Assembly: GCA_048939015.1 (NCBI GenBank)
Contig: JBHLPW010000029.1
Coordinates: forward strand, 21,233-60,044
Length of the DNA: 38,812 nt
Source: Promethearchaeota archaeon
GTDB taxonomy: Archaea > Asgardarchaeota > Lokiarchaeia > Sigyniarchaeales > SOKP01
Direction of reading: 5' to 3'
Shown one piece after another: positions 18,078 through 28,733 of the stretch. The position numbers and the translations under genes were made by a program. The notes beneath the pieces were generated by a model. The model did no database searches. It was not told the origin of the DNA and worked only from the letters and a program-made list of their open reading frames with translations. Position 1 is the first letter of the stretch. Each line of letters begins with the position of its first letter.

Positions 18078-20798
18078 TTATTTATTTAAGATTAAATGAT
18101 AATTACAATAAGGACAAGTTTGGTGTGTAATATCAATAATTTTTTCACAACTTGGGCATAACACCTTTGAAACCATAGCTATTTCTTTATTATAAAATTT
18201 TACAGGAATGTAATCTGCTGTCTTAAAAGAAAAAAACTCACCAGTTGCTCCAAGGTCTAATACACAATACCGGTTGGTCAATCTTATAATAGTTTCAATT
18301 TTTTGTGGATCTTTTGTAAAGCATTCTACACTGGCTAGACTTTGATGCATTAAAAATTTTAGTGAAGGTAAAGAAATTGCACTATCATCTAATATATCTG
18401 CTCGTTGATCGGCAATAAAAAATGAAATTCCACGATCTCTAAATTCAGAAAACATAATTTCAAAAATTTTGATGATTTGTTCACACGCTATATAATCATC
18501 ACTCTTATGCTTACCAGGTGATGTCAACTTTTTAAAAATTCTATGAGCTTCGTCAATTTCTATTAGATGTTTTAACCCCTTAACTCCCAAATCTGGTGTA
18601 AGTGTTCTTATGGTCTGTAAAATAAGAATAGAAATTAATCTTTGTTCCCATTCATTGCAAGAGTATAGATCTATTTGTACAATTTTACCATTTAACCAAT
18701 CTTCATACCAATTTCCGACATTATTGAACGGGTTTAATGTATTCACTAGGATAGGATTTGATAATTGTGTATTTATCCTTGTATTAAGTGCAGAAGTAAT
18801 TTTTGCTTGATATTTATCATCATATTCATGTCCTTCTTCATAAAAATAATTACGTACCAATTCTAATAGTTCAGTAATAGATTCGGGAGGTCCTCCATTA
18901 TTGAGTATATAATTTTGAAGTGCATATTTACATGCATAGACACCTTCTTCTTCAAATCCAATTGATCCCATAACAGCCTGACTAACTTGAACAATTTGTT
19001 TTTCCATTTTATCTGTTGTAAGAGGTAAAATGTAAGGTAAGTTGAAATCTTCACCAAATTTATATACTTTTTCAGCAGAATATATATTTTCCTCTAATTC
19101 TCGTTTATAGTTAAGTATTAAAATTCCCACGTCTGGTCTAACTTGAGAAATCGAAAAATTAATAAAACCCAGCAAGAAACTCTTTCCTGTACCCATTCCT
19201 CCAATAAGATTTGCTCCTTGTACTAAATCATCAACCTTGATGTATAACAAATTTTCTCTTAATCGACCATATTCATCTATCCATTTCCCAACTGAAAAAT
19301 TAGTATTGTTTTTTGAATGTTTAGACCAATCTATAACTTGCTTTTTTAAACCTACAGGCGCAAGAAAAGGCATTTTATCATTAAAGGTAAAATCAAGAGA
19401 TATAGGTGTTAAATATCGACCATTATATAAAATTCCCCGAAGAAAATCTGCTCTAGCCCCACACAAAACTCTTTTAATTTTAGCGCTCTTCTCCTCATTT
19501 TTAATAGCACTCTCTAAAATTCTGATTCTACCTTGCATAGCATGAAATTCTGGACTTCTCACTCCCAAATCTTTTTCGGTAACTTCGTAACTTATATAAA
19601 TTTTTACATGATATAGTTCATCTCGCCACATTTTGAGGTATGTATTTTTTTCAACCGAGTCTTTATATTTTAAGGCAACTATTTTGGCTCTCTGTTCAAG
19701 AAGTTTTCTTGGAAACGCTTTTCTCCAGATAATTTGAAGTGTGATCTTATAGTGATCTTCTCCAAAAAGAGTAATTAATCTATTAATCAAGTCAATTCGC
19801 TTTCTATAAGGTGCTTTTGGAAATCTAATCTCCCACAATCTTTCTTTTTTATATAGAAACTTATTATTAACTTCAAAATGTTCTAATTTTCCATCTAATC
19901 CTTTATAAGTAGATTTTAACTCAATAAATAATTGATTTCCTTTTCTTATTCCTTCAATCTTAGTGCGAGTCTTAATCAAAAAAGAGAATTCGAACTGATC
20001 TTTATTAAGCATAATTTGAACTCGGTTTGACTTCCTATGCCTGAAAAAATCCTGTAACCATGTCTGAAGCTTTTTCTTTTCAAGTCTATCTTCTTTTCCA
20101 ATTTGCGTTATTATAACTTTTGTCATCCAAAATAACGTTCTTTCTGTTCTTCTCTTTACCAAAATTTTGCTTTTTCCAAATAGGGAGAAATTAGTAATTG
20201 TACGCATTGTATGATAAAGTGTTATCAATCTTCCCGTAATTGGTCTATAGCCTAAACTAACAATAACAATTATAATTAAGAGAGCATATAATCCAAACAC
20301 TAATTCATTCAAAACCAAGTATAAAATATAAAAGTACCAACCAAGTCCAAACATAATATATAATTGTCGTCGATATTCATTCATCTTTGAAATAGATATA
20401 AAAATTATAACTCCAACAAAAACTATGATTATAGTACCAGAAATAAATGACATAAATAATCCTGAGATAATTATATGTGCAAAAATCAGCACAATTGCAG
20501 AATAAATATAAAAGGTTTTACCTTCTGAACGTTTATATATAATATAATAAATCCATGTGTATAAAAGAAGAATTAAAAACATTTCTAACGTGAATATTGA
20601 AATTATAAAAAGATCCACTACTTTAATTATATTTTCAATTAATATAAACAAAGATATAAAAAAGATAATTGAACACAAATAAAATCCAATAACATTGATA
20701 AATTCATATTTTTGCTTTTTGTAGCAGTAAATTGTTGCAAAAATCATTATAATTATCGATGCTATGAAAATAGGATAGAAGGAATTCGCAAAAAACAT
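18078..20798 (-). CDS. Polytopic membrane-anchored HerA/VirB4/VirD4-like P-loop ATPase with C-terminal Zn ribbon
   Basis: About six N-terminal TM helices; Walker A ANLIGGMGTGKS; Walker B LIEIDEAH; EFRDRG...IADQ (Arg-finger/Gln motif of the FtsK-HerA clade); CPSC...CPYC at the C-terminus. Confidence 0.85.
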   Translation of the reverse strand: MFFANSFYPIFIASIIIMIFATIYCYKKQKYEFINVIGFYLCSIIFFISLFILIENIIKVVDLFIISIFTLEMFLILLLYTWIYYIIYKRSEGKTFYIYSAIVLIFAHIIISGLFMSFISGTIIIVFVGVIIFISISKMNEYRRQLYIMFGLGWYFYILYLVLNELVFGLYALLIIIVIVSLGYRPITGRLITLYHTMRTITNFSLFGKSKILVKRRTERTLFWMTKVIITQIGKEDRLEKKKLQTWLQDFFRHRKSNRVQIMLNKDQFEFSFLIKTRTKIEGIRKGNQLFIELKSTYKGLDGKLEHFEVNNKFLYKKERLWEIRFPKAPYRKRIDLINRLITLFGEDHYKITLQIIWRKAFPRKLLEQRAKIVALKYKDSVEKNTYLKMWRDELYHVKIYISYEVTEKDLGVRSPEFHAMQGRIRILESAIKNEEKSAKIKRVLCGARADFLRGILYNGRYLTPISLDFTFNDKMPFLAPVGLKKQVIDWSKHSKNNTNFSVGKWIDEYGRLRENLLYIKVDDLVQGANLIGGMGTGKSFLLGFINFSISQVRPDVGILILNYKRELEENIYSAEKVYKFGEDFNLPYILPLTTDKMEKQIVQVSQAVMGSIGFEEEGVYACKYALQNYILNNGGPPESITELLELVRNYFYEEGHEYDDKYQAKITSALNTRINTQLSNPILVNTLNPFNNVGNWYEDWLNGKIVQIDLYSCNEWEQRLISILILQTIRTLTPDLGVKGLKHLIEIDEAHRIFKKLTSPGKHKSDDYIACEQIIKIFEIMFSEFRDRGISFFIADQRADILDDSAISLPSLKFLMHQSLASVECFTKDPQKIETIIRLTNRYCVLDLGATGEFFSFKTADYIPVKFYNKEIAMVSKVLCPSCEKIIDITHQTCPYCNYHLILNK

Positions 20799-20921
20799 AT
20801 TTTATTACTGATTTTTATCTAAAACTTTAAAAATACTAATAAAAACATAGTGATTTTTCTAACTTTAAATAATTAAATTATAATAATTTGTCAAGAAATT
20901 ATTTCAAACAATCGAATTTTC

Positions 20922-22049
20922 TTGAAAGACAATTCTAAAATTAAAAAAAAAAAAGGAAAGTACAAACTTTTATCTTATTTTATTGAAAATGACCTAATCA
21001 TTTATGGTGGTCTAAATAATTTAAATGAATTAATTGCTTTTGGAATTATAGAGATGCAAGATATTTCAAAATTGGATCAAATTTTAAACGAATTCCTAAA
21101 AAAAACTTGCTTAAATTCGTATACAATTCAGATTGGTGTAAATCCCTCTAGTAATTATATTATTCTTAAATTTATAAGTATAGAGAAAAAAGAAATTGTC
21201 CAGGATTACTTCAAATTATTTGAATTCTTGAAAAAAACAGAGATTCAACATTCTTTTTTAAAAGACAAATTTTTAGAAATAGAATTTCTTAGACTTTTAT
21301 GCAATGGAAACGCTTCAAAATTGACTGAAATGAGAGTTAAAATTACCAAAAAGGGATTATCCATTACTAATAATAACCTGTTTTTAAGCTACATTTTTTA
21401 TAGCATTAAACTTGATTTGATTACAGATGATATCTATTTTCTTCAACATTTGATAAAATTTTTAGAGGAACGGGAAATAAAAGGTTATTTATTCCTATAT
21501 AATACAATTGATACAATAGGAGATTTAAAAGGAACAGCGTATTTTGTAGAGATGCGGAAAAGTGAAAATAATATAATTGATCTTAACGAGATATTAAATG
21601 AATTTTTTAAAAAAGAACTCTTGGTCTGGCAAAAACCCAAGATCGATCTTATTTCCCAATATTTATGGCGTATACCTATAACCAACAATTTATCAAGAAT
21701 TGACGATCTAAATATTAAAGATCAAAAAAAGGTGCCTACTACTAGAAATGAAATTCTAAATTCAATAAAAAAAAATCTGTCAGAAAACAATATTAAATAT
21801 GAGATAATAAAAGATTTTCAAGTTTTAATTAACCAGAAGTATTTATTTTGCATCTTTTCGAATATAAACTTAGAAAACCTTTCAAAAATTATTAGAGATC
21901 ACATCAATCAATATCATGTATATATATTGATTACAAATAAAAATGATTATTTAAAATTAGGAAACTATGAAAATATTACTGAAATTAGCAATCTTAATAT
22001 TTTAAGTATTGAAGAATTCCTATACTTTGATTATAACCTCTTTAATTAA
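20922..22049 (+). CDS. Hypothetical cytoplasmic protein within the pilus locus
   Basis: 375-aa ORF divergent from the HerA-like ATPase gene; no recognised motif. Confidence 0.65.
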   Translation: MKDNSKIKKKKGKYKLLSYFIENDLIIYGGLNNLNELIAFGIIEMQDISKLDQILNEFLKKTCLNSYTIQIGVNPSSNYIILKFISIEKKEIVQDYFKLFEFLKKTEIQHSFLKDKFLEIEFLRLLCNGNASKLTEMRVKITKKGLSITNNNLFLSYIFYSIKLDLITDDIYFLQHLIKFLEEREIKGYLFLYNTIDTIGDLKGTAYFVEMRKSENNIIDLNEILNEFFKKELLVWQKPKIDLISQYLWRIPITNNLSRIDDLNIKDQKKVPTTRNEILNSIKKNLSENNIKYEIIKDFQVLINQKYLFCIFSNINLENLSKIIRDHINQYHVYILITNKNDYLKLGNYENITEISNLNILSIEEFLYFDYNLFN

Positions 22050-22055
22050 AGGAAT

Positions 22056-23621
22056 TTATGAAAAAGTAGCGCTAAACATTATACTTTGTGAAAAAGCTAG
22101 TATGAATATAAAGATAGATATGGTCATAACTAAATAAATTCTCTTATGGCGTACAATCTTTAAAAAATAATAACATGTTATGAGATTACAGATTAATAAA
22201 ATTGAAAAAATCATTAACACGTCAAATATATCAACTAATTCATAAAAAGAAGTTACTTCTTGTATATTTTCAGAAAAATTCATATTTTTCACAATTGCCA
22301 TTACTAAGGGCAGTATACCTCCTATTGCACCTAGAATTCCTGGAAACATGAATACAAAAACCTTCACAAGAAATTTTTTTCCCGATATGATTAATTTAAA
22401 CTTTTCTTCAAGTCTTCTATGTCGTTCAATAATATTAAGAATATCCTTGATCTTTCTAGAAGAATAATATGCACTTTTTTTTAACATATCATAAATTAAA
22501 TCTAATAAAATTTTGTATCGTGGAGATTCTAAGGCCAACTTCAAATGTTTTATTAAATCTTCAAATGTATATTGAAAGCTGATAAGATATGAAATTTGTT
22601 CATAAAAAAGTTCATTCAATAAGCGAAGTTGAGCCTTACTTTTAGAATATGCTTTAATAAAAGCAGTTTCAGGGCTATAATTATTTTCTAAGATTAATGC
22701 CAAAACTTCGAGAAATAATAAGAATTCACTAAATTTTTTTTCTTTTAATCCAGAATATTCATCTAACACTCCAATTAATCCGATATTAATTCGCACCATT
22801 TTTTTAAACATCCAATACATTAAGAACAATAAAAAAGGGGCTATAAAAAGAGCGAATAATATTTTTACTTGTTGAAATAAAATGAATGATGATAAAACAA
22901 GAGGAAAAAAGAAACCTGTAAAAAAAATTATGCCTATTTTTGATTGAATAGATTTCAATAACACTCGAAATTTTTTTTCAGCAGAATTCTCGTCATAAAG
23001 GTCAATATCAGAATCATAACCAAAATTTTTAATCATAAGTTCTGATACATATGAGTTAAAATCCTTTGAAGAAGTTTTGATCATTAAAAGTTCCTCTTCA
23101 GGAGCATATCCCAAATGAATCTTCCCAAAAATATGTTTAAATAACTCTGAAATTGGCAATTTATAATCCTTAATTAATTTAACAAATGAAAGACACAAAT
23201 CAGATTTTTGATCTTTAACAGTTTTCATTAAAGAAAAATTAATTTTAATAAGAGACAACAGCGTGTCTATTACTTTTTCATCTTTTTTAATTTGCTTATA
23301 AATAGTAATATTGAAGTTAAATGCAATTACTCCTGCAAATATTAAAGCTAATATCAGCGAATAGAAAATGTTAAAAAATAATACTCCAACGTTTATGAAA
23401 AAAATAAACAGAAGTAATGTTGATATAAAAGTAATAATAAAGAAGAAAAAAGTTGCTTTGCATACATCTTCTTCATTAATGTGATATTTAATGATATATT
23501 GATTTTTATATTCTTCAGGAATATGCTTAAAACGAAGAATAGGAGAATTATGTTTTTGAAAATATTTACAAAAAGAAACATATTTCTTTAAATTATTATA
23601 TTCAATTTCATTTAACATCAA
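22056..23621 (-). CDS. Type II secretion system F / TadB-TadC-like pilus platform protein (two-domain)
   Basis: Alternating TM pairs and two cytoplasmic domains (LGYAPEEEL; LILENNYSPETAFIKAY); lies directly downstream of the pilin. Confidence 0.8.
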   Translation of the reverse strand: MMLNEIEYNNLKKYVSFCKYFQKHNSPILRFKHIPEEYKNQYIIKYHINEEDVCKATFFFFIITFISTLLLFIFFINVGVLFFNIFYSLILALIFAGVIAFNFNITIYKQIKKDEKVIDTLLSLIKINFSLMKTVKDQKSDLCLSFVKLIKDYKLPISELFKHIFGKIHLGYAPEEELLMIKTSSKDFNSYVSELMIKNFGYDSDIDLYDENSAEKKFRVLLKSIQSKIGIIFFTGFFFPLVLSSFILFQQVKILFALFIAPFLLFLMYWMFKKMVRINIGLIGVLDEYSGLKEKKFSEFLLFLEVLALILENNYSPETAFIKAYSKSKAQLRLLNELFYEQISYLISFQYTFEDLIKHLKLALESPRYKILLDLIYDMLKKSAYYSSRKIKDILNIIERHRRLEEKFKLIISGKKFLVKVFVFMFPGILGAIGGILPLVMAIVKNMNFSENIQEVTSFYELVDIFDVLMIFSILLICNLITCYYFLKIVRHKRIYLVMTISIFIFILAFSQSIMFSATFS

Positions 23622-23646
23622 AGATACAATACATCCGCCTTTAATT

Positions 23647-23892
23647 TCATGGAATTAAAAAAGAACAATTATGAATCATCTTGGTTAGCATCACTGGCCA
23701 TTTAAACAAATCTGTAACCCCCTGTTTAATATCTCCTATTAGTGATATTGCCCAGAGTAAAAGGGCTGCAATTATAATTATTGTTACGACTATAACAAGG
23801 ATATTATTTAATACGTCCCCGCCACGCTCGTCTTCTTTAAATTTTTTATACTTTCTTTTAATTTTTTTTAATTTTTTTGCCATATTTGACAT
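23647..23892 (-). CDS. Short Flp-like type IV pilin with class III signal peptide
   Basis: Basic leader ending KKFKEDERG, then G-DVLNNILVIVVTIIIIAALLLWAI hydrophobic helix. Confidence 0.85.
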   Translation of the reverse strand: MSNMAKKLKKIKRKYKKFKEDERGGDVLNNILVIVVTIIIIAALLLWAISLIGDIKQGVTDLFKWPVMLTKMIHNCSFLIP

Positions 23893-24027
23893 GTCAGTTT
23901 TAATTAATTATGAAATGATTTAAAGAGAACCAATTTTAAAACAGTCTACTAAGAATTTTGAATTGTTATAGAGTTTATTTTAAGAATTTGGTGAGGTTTT
24001 TTAAGACTTACAATAAATAGATTTTAT

Positions 24028-24573
24028 ATGATAAATTCTGTTTTTTTAAATTCTAATAAACACGTGCTTTTTCTTTTTCTGACCATTATTCCTATTTGTC
24101 TTTATTTCTTTTGGAAAATAGGATATAATATTCGAATAACAAAGATCCCAATCCTCATTTCGATTACTTGTGCTTTTTATATTTTCTTAACTTCAAATAA
24201 TTACATAATTAGCTTTGAGGATCCTTTAGATCTCATAATTGAAAAACTACTATATCTAAATTTATTATTCTTTTCTATAACATTTACAATAATTATTGTT
24301 ATAATTCCATCAAATCAAAATATTAATATAAAATCCCCTTCGACAATTATCCAAGAAGATATAGCCTCATTTGCTCCAAATTTAGAATGGAATGCTATTA
24401 AAGATTATAATAACATAACACAACTTGAAAATAAGCATTATGAAGAAGAACTCATTAGGGATGATTTAAAAAGGATTTCTGAAAGAACAGAACCTGAAAA
24501 TTCGGAAGTTAAGTTTCAAAAATTGATAAATGATATATTTAAAATTCAAAATAAAAAATTAAATGAATCTTAA
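24028..24573 (+). CDS. Membrane protein (3 TM) with charged C-terminal tail
   Basis: Three hydrophobic segments in the first ~95 aa. Confidence 0.65.
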   Translation: MINSVFLNSNKHVLFLFLTIIPICLYFFWKIGYNIRITKIPILISITCAFYIFLTSNNYIISFEDPLDLIIEKLLYLNLLFFSITFTIIIVIIPSNQNINIKSPSTIIQEDIASFAPNLEWNAIKDYNNITQLENKHYEEELIRDDLKRISERTEPENSEVKFQKLINDIFKIQNKKLNES

Positions 24574-24589
24574 GTCTTAATATAATAAT

Positions 24590-25195
24590 CTAAATTCTAA
24601 AAGTAATGAATCTTAGCATTAAAGGTAGTCCTAAAAAAATTGATAAAGCTAAAAATCCAATAGTAAATAAGGGCCATTTTGATTTTTTATTATGTTTTAT
24701 TCTTTTAAAAATGGAGTTATAGAGCCCGACTATGAATAAACAGAATGATGTGAATGAAGCAATTGCTACTGATATTATTATAAATTGTTGCACCGAAGAG
24801 AGGGAATCAAAATATTCTAAAGTTATATTAATAAATTGAAAAGTGCTTTCACCACTAAAATAACTGAGTCTTGAGTCAAGATAACTAAGAAGGGAAAGAA
24901 ATGGTGATAATGGGAGAATATTAAAACACAAGTTAAGAAGACTTTGAAATATGCAAAATAATGACGTAATAGATAAAGCTCCTAAAATAAATACACCATA
25001 TCTAGTCTTAAATTCTACCGTTTTAGATCTGATTTTTATATTATCAGTTTTTATTTCTAATTTTTTAGAGAAGCCAATTATTTTATTTGCTAAAACAAAA
25101 AACATCGTGGATAATATTATATTTGACCATGCAAATATTGTAGAAAATATTTCAGTAAAAATCTCTAATAATGGTTCATAAATTTGACCAAACAT
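24590..25195 (-). CDS. Polytopic membrane protein (about 4 TM)
   Basis: Four hydrophobic segments separated by basic loops. Confidence 0.7.
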   Translation of the reverse strand: MFGQIYEPLLEIFTEIFSTIFAWSNIILSTMFFVLANKIIGFSKKLEIKTDNIKIRSKTVEFKTRYGVFILGALSITSLFCIFQSLLNLCFNILPLSPFLSLLSYLDSRLSYFSGESTFQFINITLEYFDSLSSVQQFIIISVAIASFTSFCLFIVGLYNSIFKRIKHNKKSKWPLFTIGFLALSIFLGLPLMLRFITFRI

Positions 25196-25362
25196 TCTAA
25201 TTAGAATTTTAAAAGGAACTATTTAAAATCAAACTTTAAATATTTCTTGTATAAATAAGATAAGTTAAAGGATCTGTTACTCTAAAGGAAATGCACAACT
25301 TTGTAGTTTTTATAGACTAATATAAATATTAAAATATCAAAATTAAAAAATATCTGCTATAT

Positions 25363-26613
25363 TTGAATCAAAAGAATTTTTTACTATTCGGATTCAGCTT
25401 ATTTATAATTGTAATAAGCGTGTTCCCGCTTTTTTTCAATAATAACACACTCAATTTAAATGAGAATTCATCTGGAGATTTGGACCTTTACGAACCCATT
25501 TGCAGTGGATTTGAACCAAATAATTCTATTCTAAATGCTACACTAATAAATGAAGGAGATTATGATAATATCTTTATTGATGGGGAAGACTGGTTTAAGA
25601 TTAGTATAAAGTCAAATCAGTCTATCATTCTAATAGTAAGAGTATGGCCACAATATAACGATCTTGATATTGAATTTTATGATAGTAATCAATCACTACT
25701 TATTGGGGCTTATGAAATGACATATGACAAGGAAAGCCTTTGTTATTATATTAAAAATTCAGGAACCTATTTTATTCGTATTTTCAACATTGGGGAGATA
25801 ATTGATTTCAAAGGGGCTGGTTATGATATGGTTCTCAAAATAAAAAACGGTAATAATACTTGTACACAACGAGAAGGATTAACCGTGAAGAAAGGGATGG
25901 AATTTCTCTATAAGGTGGATTGTTTAGAAAGTAGTGCTCTTAGGACTAAATTTGGTGAGAATTGGTCTGATAACCCTCTCTTCCCAAAGGGTGCTAATAA
26001 GATAAATGCTAAATCTAAAATTAGAATTACTAACACAAAAGAAATCATAAATAACTCCATACCTTTATATGAAATAGAATATGATCTCTGGAGTTGGGTC
26101 TTAGATAATAGGGTTTTTGGTTCCACACCAAATATGACTAATCTTAAATGTTGGAGTTATAAATATCCTGAGGATTTCAATGTAATTTTTCCTTATGGTC
26201 CGAATAAAGCATTTCCATTTATACCTAAGTCAGATGGAGGTTTCTTGAAAGGAATAATTGTTGGAGAAGGATGGAATGTAGGAAAATATTACTGGCATTA
26301 TCCTGAAGGATCATTAGTTCTTCTATTACCACGATGTTTATCGTTTACTAGTGGTAATTACTCATTTCATTGGTCATATAATGATTATGGGTGGTTAAGA
26401 GAATTTTGCATTGTGGATGGAGAAGAAACGTGGATTAAGAACTGTGATGAAAGGTGGGCGACCCCGATTTATCGTTATACCGTTGAATTATTAAAAGTCG
26501 AGGACATTAAGGACACTCCAAGTCAGCAATTAGATATGGAAGTCTTTCAGTTTATTGGTTTTCTACTCATTCCAATAATAGGATTAATTTTTTATACAAC
26601 TAAGAAGCGATAG
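25363..26613 (+). CDS. Cell-surface protein with PPC-like beta domain and C-terminal membrane anchor
   Basis: N-terminal hydrophobic signal; FEPNN...DWFKI...DLDIEFYD...SGTYFIRI (PPC-like); C-terminal TM helix plus KKR tail. Confidence 0.75.
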   Translation: MNQKNFLLFGFSLFIIVISVFPLFFNNNTLNLNENSSGDLDLYEPICSGFEPNNSILNATLINEGDYDNIFIDGEDWFKISIKSNQSIILIVRVWPQYNDLDIEFYDSNQSLLIGAYEMTYDKESLCYYIKNSGTYFIRIFNIGEIIDFKGAGYDMVLKIKNGNNTCTQREGLTVKKGMEFLYKVDCLESSALRTKFGENWSDNPLFPKGANKINAKSKIRITNTKEIINNSIPLYEIEYDLWSWVLDNRVFGSTPNMTNLKCWSYKYPEDFNVIFPYGPNKAFPFIPKSDGGFLKGIIVGEGWNVGKYYWHYPEGSLVLLLPRCLSFTSGNYSFHWSYNDYGWLREFCIVDGEETWIKNCDERWATPIYRYTVELLKVEDIKDTPSQQLDMEVFQFIGFLLIPIIGLIFYTTKKR

Positions 26614-26715
26614 TAGAAATAAGATTTATTCTACATCATTTTATTGTTTAATTTTTATAATTCAAATTATATTATTCCTATTGAATCATAATTCTCTTAA
26701 AAGTTTAAAAAAATT

Positions 26716-27279
26716 TTAAATTAATAACCATATAATCATTGCTATATAGGAGAAAAAGATAGGCACTACAAGGGGAAACAATTTTGTTTTTCTTATCTCT
26801 CTCAAATCCTTACTCTCAGGATTTACTTTAAAATTATGCTGTAATATAGAATACATTATTTTAGTGAATATTTCATTTTTATCACTTGTTTTTTTTTTAA
26901 TTTTAACAATATAATTGAAAATTAAAATGATTATTAGAAAAAGCCCAAATACTAAGAAATAATATTGTAAAAAATAAAAAATATATATGAAAGGTAGTGA
27001 ATGAAATAAAAGGATCAAAATTTTTCCATCTCCTCCTCCAATCAATTTGAGAGTAAATAAAGTAAAAACTAGTATAAAAATAAATAGTAATAATAAAATT
27101 CTTATGAAGATATACCAAAATATGAAATCTAAATAAATCCAAACCTCAAATGGAATTAAAATAAAGGAAATTAGAAAATATAATTTTAGAAATTTATTAG
27201 AGATAGTGCGATCTTTTAGATCAAAATAAACACATACTGATAAGAATAAGAAAATTAAGAATAAATTCACGAAATACAT
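26716..27279 (-). CDS. Prepilin peptidase (A24 family)
   Basis: YFDLKDRTISN (first Asp) and IGGGDGK (GxGD motif) in a polytopic protein. Confidence 0.9.
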   Translation of the reverse strand: MYFVNLFLIFLFLSVCVYFDLKDRTISNKFLKLYFLISFILIPFEVWIYLDFIFWYIFIRILLLLFIFILVFTLFTLKLIGGGDGKILILLFHSLPFIYIFYFLQYYFLVFGLFLIIILIFNYIVKIKKKTSDKNEIFTKIMYSILQHNFKVNPESKDLREIRKTKLFPLVVPIFFSYIAMIIWLLI

Positions 27280-27378
27280 TGATTTTAGTGGAGTTTTATT
27301 TTTCTATTTTTCCTTATGAAGTAGATTTAACATTTTGCTATTTAAAATCCTAGATTCTATAACGACAAAAAGAAACCA

Positions 27379-28359
27379 TTACAAATGATTTCTTTCCTGA
27401 TAACTTAAACATTGAAATATTTTATCTCTTAATGTTCTACAAGTTTGACGTAGGGCTCCTTCAGTTATATCTGCAACGGAAGATATATATTTTTGACTAC
27501 GCCTCTCATTATTTGCTAAACAAACGTAATATAAAACAGCAGAAGCTACACATGAAGGCCTCTTTCCACTGAAATTTACTAGCTTTTCTAGTGCATCCAA
27601 AGTAATGATTGTATTGGTTTCTGTTCTTCCTGAAATCGATAGTTCTTTACAATAAAAATAAATTAATTCTTGAGGTTTAATTGGAGATAAATTAAGGTTT
27701 AGTTCTCTTTGAATCAATTTGAGATATTTAGAGATTTTTTTATATCTCAAGCTTATAATATCATTGAATAATTGAATAGAAGCAAATTTCTTCCCATTTC
27801 TTAAAATAGCATAAATTATTGTTTTAATCAATGTGTCAATCGATTGCCCTTTAAAGGGTCTTTTCTGGGCTATTTTTCTGTAGTAATAAGCTATTTCTTC
27901 CTTTGTATTTGGTGTTAAATTCAATTGTGAACTTAAAATATTTAAAATATTCATAGCGATCATTAAATTTCTATCTATAGTTTTTGATACTTTAGTTCTT
28001 TCATGCCATTTTCTCAGTCTCTTAATTTCTGAACGCTTTATTGGAGTTAGATTAGTACCAAAAGCATCCTTATTTCCCTTTCCGATGATAGTAGTTAAAC
28101 CTTTATCATACATAGATAATTTCAGTTTAGGACCTGTACGAGTTCGATTATTATATTGTTCATTATTAAAAGTTCGCCATTCGGCTTTAGAATCGATACA
28201 TTTTTGTTTTAGAACTACACCACATTTATTACAGGTAATTTGTCCTCTTAAATTGGTAATTAAAACGTCATTTCTACATTCTGGGCAAACCTTTATCTCA
28301 GAGGTCGTCATATTCAAGTAAATCGAAGTAAGTAATTTTTGATTTAAGGAAGATTTCAA
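27379..28359 (-). CDS. tfb: Transcription initiation factor IIB (TFB) paralogue
   Basis: Zn ribbon CPEC...CNKC; B-reader IDSKAEWRTF...RTRTG; DKGLTTII; RLRKWH; two cyclin repeats. Likely start is the ATG at 28311. Confidence 0.9.
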   Translation of the reverse strand: MKSSLNQKLLTSIYLNMTTSEIKVCPECRNDVLITNLRGQITCNKCGVVLKQKCIDSKAEWRTFNNEQYNNRTRTGPKLKLSMYDKGLTTIIGKGNKDAFGTNLTPIKRSEIKRLRKWHERTKVSKTIDRNLMIAMNILNILSSQLNLTPNTKEEIAYYYRKIAQKRPFKGQSIDTLIKTIIYAILRNGKKFASIQLFNDIISLRYKKISKYLKLIQRELNLNLSPIKPQELIYFYCKELSISGRTETNTIITLDALEKLVNFSGKRPSCVASAVLYYVCLANNERRSQKYISSVADITEGALRQTCRTLRDKIFQCLSYQERNHL

Positions 28360-28733
28360 ATATACACTTAAAAACTCGTTGTTTATTTATTTTTTAAAAA
28401 ACTGCTATACTTTTCATTTATTAAAAAGAAAATAGAAAGAGAATTTGGAAATGAAGAAAAATAATAAAAATCTAAAAACGAGACTAAATATTTTGAGAAT
28501 TATTTATGATTTATGTTTAAAATGTAAATCTCGAGAAGAAAAATATCTCATCAAAATTGGATGCCATGATTATCTCTTGTAATAATGGTATGAGACATAC
28601 ATTATAGTATTAAATAAATTTAGAGGAGTTATTAAACAACTTGATACAATATACATCAAGGCTCTTAGTCTTTTAACGTGAGATCCTTCATCCTTTATGG
28701 TTTATAATTTCAGGAGGGATTAATCTTAATAAG

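Noticed and set aside
14595-27279. Archaellum operon
   Set aside because: No archaellin, FlaH/ArlH or chemotaxis genes; the pilin is short and Flp-like.
28451-28682. Possible small gene broken by tandem TAA TAA
   Set aside because: No recognisable homology; consistent with a random open frame.
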